NCBI GenBank assembly: GCA_046563655.1
Contig: CM102285.1
Location: forward strand, 11,594,001 to 11,658,000
DNA: 64,000 nucleotides
Origin: Yuukianura sp. NJ FZ-2021
Lineage: Eukaryota
Direction of reading: 5' to 3'
Part shown: positions 36,401 to 49,160 of the stretch, piece after piece
How the letters are laid out: every line of letters starts with the position of its first letter
Position numbering within the stretch: the stretch's first letter is position 1
Notes under the pieces: model-generated
Seen by the model: only the letters and a program-made list of their open reading frames with translations
Database searches by the model: none
What the model was told of the DNA's origin: nothing
Position numbers and translations under genes: made by a program

Positions 36401-37823
36401 TTCACTTGACCAATTAGAAACATGAAATCGTGAAATTGTAACTGAATCTTTTCGAGAGAGGTTCCTGTTTCTAAGTGAACTTTAGCTCGTATTGCACCCA
36501 TGACGTAAATGAGGGTGACACTTTCACCGTGGAAAGTGTAGTGGAGAAAGTAGGCTATTTCCATTAAAAGTTCCTAATGAAATACCTTGACAAGTGGAAA
36601 GCATGTCACTTGAGGCTTGGACCTGGAAATACCTTGGCAGTGACGCTACTTTTCGGATTCTAGAACAACCTAGCCTACTAACCTTGTTTTTGGAGATGAG
36701 TTGTTTAATCCCATTGGGCTTTAGTTCCAGTTTGAGAAAGTTTGTAGCCTCCGTCCATGTCGCTGTCGCCGTGTCACTTTGATCTAACCAGCACGCTTGG
36801 ATTGGCAAATGGAGATCAATGGAGCCAGGAAAGCGTGATCTGGAACATATTGTCCTTGCGGAATTGTGCAGAATCTGTAACTGGTTGTCTAAAACACAAA
36901 ATAAACTTTACAGGATGAACCACTTCCAAACGCACAAATTTTTTCAACTGATACTTACCGTAAAGGTAAGGCCGTCCAATGCCACTGATCCGAAAATACA
37001 CTGCTACATGTAGTTACTACACTGCGTAAAAGGAGCTTCAACCCCGACCTCCACAAATCCTATAACAAAAGAAAGGGTGAAAGATGACCTTAAGAATTTA
37101 TGTCCCATCCAGATATTTACGACCGGCAAGGTCATGTCACTGGCATTGAAATCTAATAATAATAATGCCATTGTCCTATGCCTGAAAATGAACCAAACCT
37201 TCCAACGTATTCAACATTCAAGCTCATAAAATACAAAACACATAAAAATTATATGGCTGCATATCTTTTTTTTTGACATAATTCATTTCACACATCAAAT
37301 GAAGCGGCGATTGAAGTATTAATCATGATGTTTTCAGGACGAAAGCGATAGAGAGGAAGCGTCCGCGCCCGGAGTGCAATTTTCGCAATAGCCTGAGAGA
37401 GGCTTCACAATTTTACATAGGGTGACGTAGTAGGCAAGAATTCGGTATTCGGTTTACTATAGAAGAGAAAACAGAAAGAAAGTAGGTCACAGAGTTGATC
37501 AGTAAACGAATTCTAAGCTGTCTGTGTGCCACCTCCACCCTACAAGCAGTACAAATCCAAAATTAGTAAAATCCACTCCAGAAAATGAGGTGCGTATTAA
37601 TTCGATACTTACCAAATTAATCCTTGAACGTTCAATCAGCTGCTTCGAAGTTTTCAGCTGCTAATCCTTCTTCTACTACACAGACCGTGACCTTCGTGCT
37701 GTTGCTTCTATCAAATCAACAAATAGAAATGAAATTATTTTGGTTTCAGAACAAAATCTCGTTTCTAAAATAGGTTGACCTTGCCGTGACCTCCAGCTTC
37801 CACTTTTGAGTTTCGACTAAAAG

Positions 37824-40800
37824 ATGGCCGCTGAACCGTTTCATGGCAACTGGAAGGTGAGATTTAAGTCAGATTCATTGCAATTAGCAAAATGACGCTT
37901 GAGGTCAATGTGGATATAAGGATTAACGACCGTCGTTGTGACCACACAGTGTAGCCACTTCGGCGCTCAAGTAGTCGGCTACATCTGAGTGGCAACTTAT
38001 GTAGCCACTTATGCAACTTACCTAAAAAGTGGCTGTATTAGTTGCTGTACGGTGCAGCCGTCCATTGTAGATGCAAAGTGTAGATACACTGTCCTCCGTA
38101 CGGTTACAACGATGGTGGTTAAACCTTACCGCAACGATGGTCGGCGTCAAGGCTAAACTTAATTGCAATTTCTTTACTTTGCTAGATTGTTGGCTACATC
38201 AACGTGACCAGTTCCAGAAACACTACTCCAGTGAGAATTGAAGGGTACGTCTTGTTGGCTACATCGTTTTATGTTAGATCAAATCGGTTGAAGTTAAGAA
38301 AATATGTATGGTTTGTTTAGAGCAATTTTTACTTTGCAAGAAAATGGCGAAATTCGATGGGATCTTGGACCAGAAGTGGACGAGACGTTCCCGCTTTTTC
38401 AATGTGATTGCTACGAAGTGGTCTATCCATTTGTCGGAGCATCGATCCAAATGGGAGCCGTGTCTGGTCATATGTTTGAGTTCATGGTGGAATGTCCAGT
38501 ACCACGCGACACCATGTTACTAACGTTTCAGGGATGGTGCGTTCTTCAGTGTCAACATGTGATGCCTTTACGTCCACCAGTGGATTTCCCGTTTTCGTTT
38601 CTTCAAGCATTGACAGAAGGATACTTTGCAGATTTGGAACTGATGAACGGAACTGTTGAGAAATCCCAACCTGATTCGTGTTTGAATTCATCTAGTCAAT
38701 ACCTCTTCGGAGAAAAGGGCGTAAGCATCTCAAAATGTTGGAATTTCTTGAATTTTAGAGCAATTGAAACAACTTACGCTTCTTTTTACAGTACAAAATT
38801 CATTCCGTGATAATGGAATTGAGCAAAGGAAGTCCTGCGGAATTGACAACTTTACCACGGGAAGTTGCTGAGGTCATTCTGTACTACTTGTACTCACAAA
38901 GCCTCCCATCCGATTTGACTACGGAAGTTGCAGGGCGTTGTATTGAGCTAGCCCCGCCATTTCTGCCTGTACAGTTTCCGGATATGTGTAGGGAGTTCAT
39001 TCATCGTACTAATCTGAAAGAAAGTAAGTTTTTAATTCTTGAATCTTGTGCTAAGGTGTGGACAAAGCTTCAAATTTTCCTTCTTTGTTTAGAGATCATT
39101 AAACTTGTCAACGAAGTTCACACCTCGGCTGAGGCAATGTCCGCAGCATTTCACAACCACTTGGTAACTATTCCGTCAAGATTCTGTTCCGTCATCAAGC
39201 TAGCCATTCAGCACGCATCCGTAGCTTTTATTAAACTCGTCGAATTATGTGTCCTTTATGGCGAAGAAGCTCCGACATTGAAAAGAAATGAGAGATTAGA
39301 AATTCTACGATACGCCAAGTCACGCTTACCAATTCTTCTTACCCAGTTCGTCGTGATGCTGAGGACAATCAAAAGCGACTTTTCATCGGTAAAACCCAGT
39401 GAAAGGAATGATATTGCTGCGCACATTGTTCCTGAAATAGAAGCTTTACTGCAATTGCTAGCCAATTTGATGAAAGAAGCCAGAGATTCTTGCAATGAAA
39501 TCTACTCTACGTCGGTCGCTACTGGATGTCACCCTTGTTACGGCTTCGGCTTTTGGGAAGACGAAACAGGTCCAGTGTCACACAATCTGCACAATCCTGC
39601 GCAGAGTGAACCTGGGGATGAGACGCTTACGGAATCCCTGTTTGCAATTTTTAAGGAACGAGAAGTTCTGAAATTTTTTATTCTTCAGAAGCAAATTGCA
39701 AATTTTTACTTGTACATGGCCCAGAGAAAGTAAACTACCATTTCAATTTCATATTCAGAAAAACTTACAGTACTTTGAGCCTAATGCTGAGTTTTGATGC
39801 ATCTAGAGAAAATTTTGAAGACATGAATGTTGCGGTGAAAGTTCGTTGTGTGGCCCGAAATCTGGAACAACTACTCGAAGAACTGCCAGTGTTTCTACTT
39901 CGTCTGGAAGAAGTGATGATAGCCTTCGACGATAGATTTCAGTGGAAGGATTTTAAATTCTGTCTCCAATTGGCAATTTCCCAAGTAGTAAGTTCTTGTC
40001 ACATTTCGTTGATTGGTGGGTTTTCTGATATACGAATTCTAATTTTCTGTTTTGTTGCAGTGTCAAACAGTTCATCACTTGAGGAAGGAAAAGAATCGGC
40101 TTCACCAGTTCTTTCTAAGCCTCTCGGATTTGGTTCAGAGGCCTGAATTCGATCAAAGTTTAATTAACTTAAAGCTGTTGGATGCAGCCAATCCTACAGA
40201 AAGTGAAAGCACTGAAAGCCAACATGCTGCTGATACAACTGCGGCAAACTCGGGGAAAAGTCCAAGCGCTGCAGCTGAACGGCCTGAGAAACCGATTACA
40301 GCGACGACTTACCAAAGTTCATTTGAATCCTACAAGAAATTTAAAAACTCATTCGCTGAAAATACTGTTCTGGATGTTGACGATGTAAGGTTACTCGAAT
40401 TACTTCAACTGTGTTAATACTAGCCTTGTAGTTATTTTTTTTTCTGTTTTACACAGCTCAACCTTGGTGACAATATTTGCACTCCCAAGAATTCCAAAGA
40501 GAATATGCTGGCTCTAAATGCTGCAAACTTGTTCAAATCTAGTCAGTTTTCAGATATGGTTTTTGAAATAGTACAAGGTGAGAGAACAATCAGGGACACA
40601 ACCATTTGCTTTTGATTTTGATTTTAACTTTTTCCACTTTCACCTTAGATGACGAACGGGTGGAGATTCCTTGTCACCGAGTAATTGTAGCTGCACGGTG
40701 TGACTGGTTTCGTCGTGCGTTACTTTCTGGGATGAAGGAGTCCATTATGAAGTAAGTACTGGTTGCACATGAGCTGTAAATTTTTGAAATTTGGACTCCA

Positions 40801-41548
40801 TTTTTGTGGTTTATATTTTTTAAAGGCGGATTATTATTGAAGATGCTTCTGCACAAGTTTTCGAACTGTTCCTAGAGTTCATTTACACGGGTCAAATAAC
40901 GGAATTTGAAGCAAAGTCCCTCGATACACTGGCGGACTTAATTGCACTAGCTGACAAGTAAAAAAATCAATTGCCACTTAAAATTGCGCTATTTTGAATT
41001 CGTAATTCGTATTTGATCAGGTACGAAGTGGAATCGCTGAAAGTTACTTGTGAACAAGGGCTAATTCTTAACCAACTTGATGAAAACTCGGTGATTTATC
41101 TCCTGTCTATGGCGGATCAGTACAACGCTAGAACGCTTAGAGTAAATTGGAATCAAGTTAAAGTGAAACCGATTCTGCTAACTCGCGACCGATGTTAAAT
41201 TGCTTTGGTTTTTGATTAATTTCAGAGTTCTTGTATGGAATTTATTGCAAGAAACCCTGAAATTATGGCACGAGAATTATTTGAAGAACTCAGTCCTGAG
41301 CTCCAAATGGAAGTCTATGACATTACAATGTGGTCGAAACCAAAGTGGGTTTTGAAATTGCAAATCTTAGCAAACATGATAAATTTGCTTTCTAATTTAT
41401 TTTCTCCTTTGTGTTTCTTGTTTTTGGCAGAAAAATATTTACAAACCAAGAAGAAATTCTTAGCTTTCCGAGATATATGTTAATGGCAGAGTCATCAAGT
41501 TCCTCATCCGTCTCTTCGAGAGCTTCTTCACCTCCAAATGCTAACTAA
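37824..41548 (+). CDS. BTB/POZ domain-containing protein (multi-exon; degenerate N-terminal BTB-like region, helical middle, canonical C-terminal BTB)
   Basis: ATG at 37824 (MAAEPFHGNWK|IVGYINV). C-terminal exons give FSDMVFEIV..IPCHRVIVAARCDWFRRALLSGMKES..FELFLEFIYTG..ADKYEVESLKVTCEQ..MADQYNARTLR. TAA at 41546-41548. Start exon less certain. Confidence 0.85.
37919..38126. mobile_element. ~210-bp MITE in the first coding intron of the BTB gene
   Basis: TA|AGGATTAACGACCGTCGTTGTGACC ... GGTTACAACGATGGTGGTTAAACCT|TA (~25-bp TIR, 4 mismatches). Internal GTAGCCACT/AGTGGC repeats. Confidence 0.75.
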
Positions 41549-42992
41549 ATTCTACGGGTTTAGTCCAAATGTAGAGTATCACTTTTAAGCTCTGTCGAAA
41601 AATTTATATTTATGTTGTTGCTGTTTTTTTTTCCTTTTTGCTATTTTGTGTTTACTTTCAATTCAAAACGTAGAGTCATTTCAGCGTAAGACTTTTACTT
41701 CCTGTGTATTGTTTTTGAATTAGTACTTGATATTTTTATTTCATGATTTTTATTGGTATTTTCAATTTTCCTTAAGTGCACGAAGTATCAAATTTCTCTA
41801 ACTCAGATGAACCTTGCGAGATGACCTTTGACCTCAATTCCAAGACAATTTTTTTTATAACATCTTTGAATTTCTGAAATTGTTTCGGAACAAGAACAGT
41901 TTAAAATGTGATTCTTCTGTTGTTATTATTATTAATCGTAAGTGTTATAAAATCATTATGACTATGCTTACGAAGCATTCTGAAAATAAGAAAATCGCAT
42001 CTCATTTCTGGCAGGCATTCACAAAGAGAAATCGATACATGAATGTTATTGATCGATCATTATTCGGGCTGTTTTCTCATTATGAAAATTTCATATTAAT
42101 AAACACAATGTCTCATGTGGCTGGTGAGAAAGCGTTAATTGAGTTCTATATAAATTTGAATTCTTAATTAGTACTTCCATATACTTTCAACTTACTTCAT
42201 TTATTTCTAGAAATGTGCTTCAACTGCTTCTCCTACAAAGATTCATGTACCCAGACTTCTGGAAACCAAAATACCCGTAGTGTTTCCTTATGGTTGTAGT
42301 TTTTAACACTTAAAAGTTCAGTTTCTCCAAGCAAACTAATTTTCATCTATATTTCTTCAGACATTTTTTCCATTTTGCCTTCAAGGGCTTTACAACTTAC
42401 CGACTTTCTCCAGCAGATGAATAATTGTGAAAACCATCAGAATTCATTCTTCGAAATCCAATTAATAATCTCTCTGAGAAATGATCGAAGGGAGCAGGAT
42501 TTTAGAGACACTGGTTTTCAATTTAATTTGGCTCCTTGAAAACGAAGAAATGATTACAGTGTTTTAGAAAAATGAAATTGTAATTTCAATGAAAACGGAA
42601 ATTGATTCTGAACTTTTTCTGAAAAATCGAGACTCTGTTCCACCGTTTTTGTATGAGGTCTGCTGCTCTGCTGGATATATTTCATTTGGCTAAATTTAGA
42701 ATTGAAATTTCAATTTTCTAACAAATTATGTCTTTCCACACGAATACAAAGGCTTAGTTTTTTTCAATGAACTTTGCAACAAAATAAAAAGCAATCAGGG
42801 TCTTTTGCAAATCGTTAGGAAGCGGTAACTAATCAAAATCTCTGATTTATAATCAAAAATTTTTATTAGGAATAAAAAAGTATACAAAATTTTTTCAATG
42901 GAAATTTGTTTTCGGTTATTGGTTTTGGCCTTGTTTGTACTTAACTAAAAGGCATTGGCTTCGATTTGATTGTTGTTGTTGTTACGTTTTCT

Positions 42993-43698
42993 TTACTTTG
43001 ACTTCCACATAGTCACTCCAATGAGGATGTGAACGGCTCCACTGATGATTCCAAGGATCTTCAAGTTTCACAACAAAAAGTAGTAGGGATTAAATGCCTT
43101 AAATCACTGCCAATTAATTAGTTAAGTAGAATTTGGAAGTTTTCAACTCACCATAGCGATCCCCGGCACGATCCAACTCGTGCAGCCCGAATTACAGCCG
43201 TTATGAACTAGAGCTCTAATCATTTGGATGATACAAATAATTGCAGCGACGAGAATGAGGACGCCAGCAACGAGATTGTAAATAGCGTCCTATTGAATAA
43301 CAACGAAAAAATCATGAGTATAAATTATAAAGTTATTAGTAGTCATTCCTCTCCTGGTTACGATTTACTCACCAGTGTCTTCATGAGGCCTGTCGTATTG
43401 AGTACTCCAACGAGGTAGAGGATGAGCAGGATGAAGGACACAATCATGACAATGATGACCATGGACAAAAAAAATGCCCATTCGCCTGCGAAATTACCCC
43501 CAACCCCAACGAGAATCAAGATCACCAAATTCAGAACCTGCATTAAAAATCCACAATTAGTCTTAATAACGAAACGCACGTCGAACATTGTATTGTAACA
43601 TAAACTGCTTCCTGTAAATCGAAGCAAAGGGATGTGATACTTACAATTCCAACGATGCGAAGGATTAGCGTTCCAGAAATAGAACTCTTGTCCACCAT
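42993..43698 (-). CDS. Small four-transmembrane MARVEL-like membrane protein (~140 aa, 4 exons)
   Basis: Spliced translation MVDKSSISGTLILRIVGI|VLNLVILILVGVGG...LILYLVGVLNTTGLMKTL|DAIYNLVAGVLILVAAIICII...PGIAM|ILGIISGAVHILIGVTMWKSK*. Four hydrophobic helices and phase-0 GT-AG introns. Confidence 0.8.
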
Positions 43699-45180
43699 CT
43701 TGACTCCGAACACCTTTCAAATCCGAGTATAAGATGAAGTAAAAGCAGTAAACGCTTCGAGAATAATTAAATACACAAAAATACAAATTGGACGAAGAAG
43801 AGCTCTTGTCAGGTCAAGAGCTAGTGGATGACTGAGGTCAAAGCTCCCAAAACTTAACACTGTCAAATCCAGATTCGGTGTCATTTGAATTTGAGTTTGT
43901 TAGTAATCTTGCGCTTGAACCAAACGTTGTTGCCATGACAACAGTAACCAACTCCCCAACACCCCTTGGCATTTTGTGACTACAAAAATCGTGAAACTGT
44001 GAGACAATTTATTCCACTAGTACTTTCAATTTTACTCATTTATGGTTATGTTTTATTTAAAATTTTATATTATTCGTTTAGTTATATCATGTAAGTTAGG
44101 GCTATATTGTTACACATTTTCTCTTGCTTGTTGTTTGGCACATAAATTTTAAAAGTTAAGAAGTTAACGTTAACATAAAAATGATTCGATTTGGTTAATA
44201 CTGTGTGACCTTGCGTTCGGATTGGCCATTTGACATGATTGGACGAGCTTTATTAACTTGTTATCGTCTGTATCTTGTCAGTAAATGTCTTCAGCGCCTG
44301 CCTTCTAAGTAATAACATCTCCAGTAGAAAGGGATTCTGCTTTCTCCAGCGATGTCTACACCCGTGCAGCTTTTTGGCAGCCTTAGCAGATGGGACTTTC
44401 AGAAAAAAAAAAGTGGGTTGACACGGGTGACGTTCGTAACCAAGCACTGGAACGAAGTCTATGCCTCCGCCTTACTTCAACCGAGAAATTTGATATGGCG
44501 AAACATCCGATCCACTTTCACCATTTGGGCTCCACTTTCTCCTCGGAACACTGCTTTATCCCCTCTGTCCCTCTTTCCTCTTTTGCATAATCCACATTAC
44601 CCAACAAATACATTTTTAGCCCATATTCTTTGAGAATCTAAGCAGTTGACACATTTTCACCTTTTGTTTTCACTTTTCCAACTTTTGAGCAACAAAGAGT
44701 GTTGGCCAGGGAAGACACAAGATCAGGCAAACACGCATCGGATTCCGTAAGGAATTAATTGGACCATGTCACGCCAGTTGGGCTCTTCACTGCGTTTGCG
44801 GTGAAAGTTCAAACAAAACCGCCTATCATACAGACCTGTGAGCTTTCCGAAACTTCATTTCATCGTTCGTGTTTGAATGTAAGGATTCACACACACCTCA
44901 TCAACACGTTGCGCCAAACATAATTTCCGGCGTCGTGGAGAAGTAGGAACCAACGGAAAAACAGAGAATTTTCTCTCCAGCTTTCACCGAACAAAAAAGT
45001 TTTCACTCCCTGGAGTCATATGGTGGAGTTAACATCAGTCTCCAGCAGATTTACGATTCAGTAAAACACTCCTTGTCTAAAACTTGTTGAATAAGACAAC
45101 AGCTTTCTAAAACAGTCTCGAATCTATAAGTAGAAGACAGCATCCGTGTCTGGGGACACCAAGGAGAAAATCCATTTAGA

Positions 45181-48100
45181 ATGGAAACGAAAGAAACAAA
45201 TTCATTATTGAATCAGTCAAAAGAGGAAACTCAATTAGGAAAACCGTCAGACGAAATAAGTGACAACTCGAAACAAACTCAGCAAAGTAAACCGCAGACT
45301 CAGCAACCGCAACAAACTACTGTCAGCAAGAAGTCACAAAAACCGGCCACCAGAACTGCTTCACCAAAGAAACCGAAACTTCCAAGTCTGCATGAGTCTT
45401 GTAAAGAGGGGGAAGATAATCTGGATGGACCAGGAGAGAAGACGGATTATCCAGAAAATGTCAAAAAAGAGAGTAATCGGAAGACTTACTTTGGTGTGAA
45501 GAGTTACCTTCATCAATTTTATGAAAACAGAGGCGAGAACTTTCCGGGTGATGTAAGTAATTTCCCATTGTTGATTTTTCATTTACTTGCACGCTTTGTT
45601 TAATGTTTTTAGAGCTGAACCTGTTCGTGTCTTGTAGAAATTAGTTCTTTAGTTATTGATTATCCAGTGGGCTACGCATGAAAGAAAGTTGGAGTAAATT
45701 AATTAAAGAGAAAGTCTGAGTCTACCCAGTCATTTGTTCTCTAGTTTTCTCAAAAGCCAAAATCTCCACCTCCGTAAGTTTATGGCACCTAATTTGATTT
45801 TGCTTATGCGAAACGTTACGTGGAAGATTTTTGTGTAACCGGGTTAAAGTAAAGCTTCCGGAAGCTTAAATTTATATTACCGGATTAAATTAATCCGGAC
45901 GTACCGTTTCAAAATCCAAACCGGTATTGCCAAAAGTCGACTATTTTTACAAATAGAATGGCTTTATCAAATTGGTCTAAAAAAAACAAAGAAAGCAAGA
46001 AAAAACAAGAAAGCAAGATTCATGAACTAACAATCGATGAACCCCAAGTTCCAATTCATTAAATTTGTATATAAATTGAATTTTCGTCTGGTTCAAGCTG
46101 TACATGTTTGTTTCAGCTCGTGTTGAACCCGAAAGGAATGCTGAAAAAACAAGAGAAGAGAAAAAAAATGGAGTCTTTTGGGTTGTTTTTTGGCCTTTGT
46201 GCCTTTTGATTAACTTTGTATGAATAAACTGTCACTTTCATCAGGCGACAAGCAAGAAAGTGTTGAGTGGGTGGATATGAAGCGAAGATGATCAAAAAGT
46301 TCCGAAATTCTACGGAGTTGATGTAACAAGCTCTCCAGATAAGGCAAAAAGATGTGGGTGGACATGGCCTTATTCCTTCTTTTTCTGCACTTTTTTCTTC
46401 TTGGCTTTCCCTCACATGACTTTCACTCCTCATCCAAAACCAAAAAAAAAGCCTTGAACCTAGAGCGCATACATAGTCAAAAAGAACCACCCTACTGCTT
46501 TATATTTCGCGGAGAAAGTTGGCCTGAAAATGGAAAAACAGAAGAGAGAAAATCGATAATGAAATGAAACTTTGTATTTCTTGCGGCTTTGTAGAACATT
46601 AGTTTAGTTTTCATGCTCAAAAGAATACGAAAAAATAAAATCGACGCTCTCAAGCATAAAACACAATCTGTTGCTTTACGTTTTCTTATTTACTAAGCTC
46701 ACCTTACAGTACATCCTAGAGAAGTTAGCCTAACTTAATGCTAACCTAGGGACTTGCCCTCTTTTCCTTTGATGACTCAAGGAAGTAACTTGCGGAAGAG
46801 CTTTAGAGTGTTGAAAAATAAGCTTCAGGAGAAAGCGTTTTTTCTCAAAAGTAAAGAAACAGTGTTTGTTTGCTTTTTCGAAAAAAAGAGCAACGCGGAA
46901 GAAATTTTTTTTATATGAAGCCTCTGGTTCAGTACTTTCCCGGCTGCTTTCTAGTCTAAATTAGGTCAAACAGATTTACCATTTGGATCCAGGCGGAAGA
47001 GGAAGGAAAAGAAGCTTTACTTATTTGAGAAGTTAGGGTTCACATCAGTAGTTTATGGGATTTTGTTAAGCTAGTTTTTGTTCGCTTTCACTTTCAATTT
47101 CCCCTACAGTTATTTAAGCAGCACTGCCAACCCCTTAAGCCTTCTGCTTCATTTCAAGGAAATTGGGCCCTTTACAGAATGAAATCTTCGACTTTTGTTC
47201 CGCCTAATCCGCTTTCCTTCGACTTTTAGTCTTTACCATTTCGACGCCCACTCACTTCCGCCCTAAATCAATATCGCCAGTTCTCTCCAGTTGTTTAACC
47301 AGAATAAACAAGTTTTCTAATATTTTGAATCTTCACAAAAAAAAATTAGGTTAGGAAAACAAATTTTGAAGCTTTCACTGTGGCTTACTTTTTTTGTGTC
47401 AATTGAGTTCTGGAAAGAGAGAGAATGTCAAAACGGGAACGGAAGTGACCGTACCGTGTCAAGTTTACGTTTCCGCCCATTAGTTAAGTTTACGAGCTCA
47501 AAAGACTAGGTCGGCAACATTTTCAGTTGCACTCTGTTGTGCAGCACTTCTAAAAAAAAGAGGTCAAGTGGAGGTCACTTGCACTAAAAAGTTGGCGAAC
47601 GAGCTTTTGAAATTTGTTTTCAAAGTGGGTTGAACACTCCTCATGACCTACATGGAGAACTTTATTGCCAAAATATGTCAGGTCAATATGAGTGATAATT
47701 GGACTTTCCTCGTAAAAAGTTCTGTAACAACAAAAATTTCCGGTTTGCAACAAAAAATTTCATTTTAGGAGTTGCTATTTTTCAAACTACATAACTTTTC
47801 TTTTGCTAACTTCCAGGAAGAGGACTTTCACTACCTAATTCGACCTAAAGGACGATCCTGTGGAGCAATCCTATTTAAAATTGGGCTGATCACAGGAGCA
47901 ACTCTGTTTCTGCTAGGAGCAGTGGCTATAATTATTGGTTATGCAATTCCTACACAAGACGAAGAGCGTGGACGAACAGATGAATTCAAAATTATGGACA
48001 GAAATGCAATGCGGTTCAATCGGAATCTGGACATGTCCAAACTAGCTGGCCTGGCTATGTTCTGTTCCGGTGGTTTAGTGTTGGTCATATCCCTTCTTGC

Positions 48101-48254
48101 ACCTACTTTCACCTCTTCTTATTGGGAAGAAGATCTTGCTCCAGAAGGATTCAAACTTCCCATCAACCTGTCTCCAATTCCAGAAGATGAGCCTACAAGT
48201 CCCATTCCAGCGACAGAGAAAATTACGGGAATTCAACCAATTTGGACCCAATGA
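45181..48254 (+). CDS. Nrsn1: Neurensin-like vesicular membrane protein (2 coding exons: 45181-45553 and ~47817-48254)
   Basis: Neurensin signature FGVKSYLHQFYE. Two TM helices (IGLITGATLFLLGAVAIIIGYAIP; LAGLAMFCSGGLVLVISLL) separated by DRNAMRFNRNLD. C-terminal EKITGIQP. Confidence 0.88.
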
Positions 48255-49160
48255 ACAAAGGAAATTTAGTGTTTCGAGCAGTGGAACTTTACTAAAAAAC
48301 AGAATCAAAAACTTAAATTTTACTGAATTTACTGTAAAATTGCATGATGTCTTAGTTTTCAGAATTGTCGGTGCTTTCACTATGTAAATAAGAGTGTGAA
48401 ATGAATTTTTATTTTATTGAGTTAATTAAAGATAGTTGCAAGTTGCAACTGCAACTTTAAGAACTCGAAAGTTACGTTTTCACATGTATTGTATTTATTT
48501 TTCTGAATTGCGAAGAAGGAAAAGTCTTATAATACGCTATGTTATACAAATTCTGGAGTGAAATGATAAAGAAAAGTTTTTAACGTGTTGTAATTATGAT
48601 AACTTTTCATTTATCTATGTTGAATCAACTAAACCTTAACATTTTAGGTCATACTCTGCACTATCTTCGAAAAAAGAACTTCTATGTGTCAATAAAGTGA
48701 TTCAAGTTCACAGTGGTTTTTAAAAAATTTGAACATTTTGAATTGATTTTTTGCAAACTGGAAAGGGTGAAAGTGCGTTTTCTCTGTACATGAATTGAGC
48801 AAATCTCTTCCGTGTTTCATATCATCACCCTTCACGCCTTTAGTAAAGTTAATATCAATTACATTCAAAATTTCATTTTCTAAGTTAACAAGCTACAATA
48901 CATGGTGAAATAAGTTGACTGCTCACCGATCGATTTGTACGAGTAGGCATTTGTTCCCTCCAATGAGCTAAGCTATCATACGCTATTCTAAACAAATTGA
49001 ATAAGGTTACTGTGATTAGTGATTAGTTTAAAATTGACCTTTGACCTTAAAGTTAGGTTGGGCTAAAGGCTAGACTTGGTCCACCGATAGATAATGCTAA
49101 GGGAAAGCTTATGTGAAAGTGGTTTGGTGAAAGTGACTTTGGCTCCATCTCTTGCTTATA

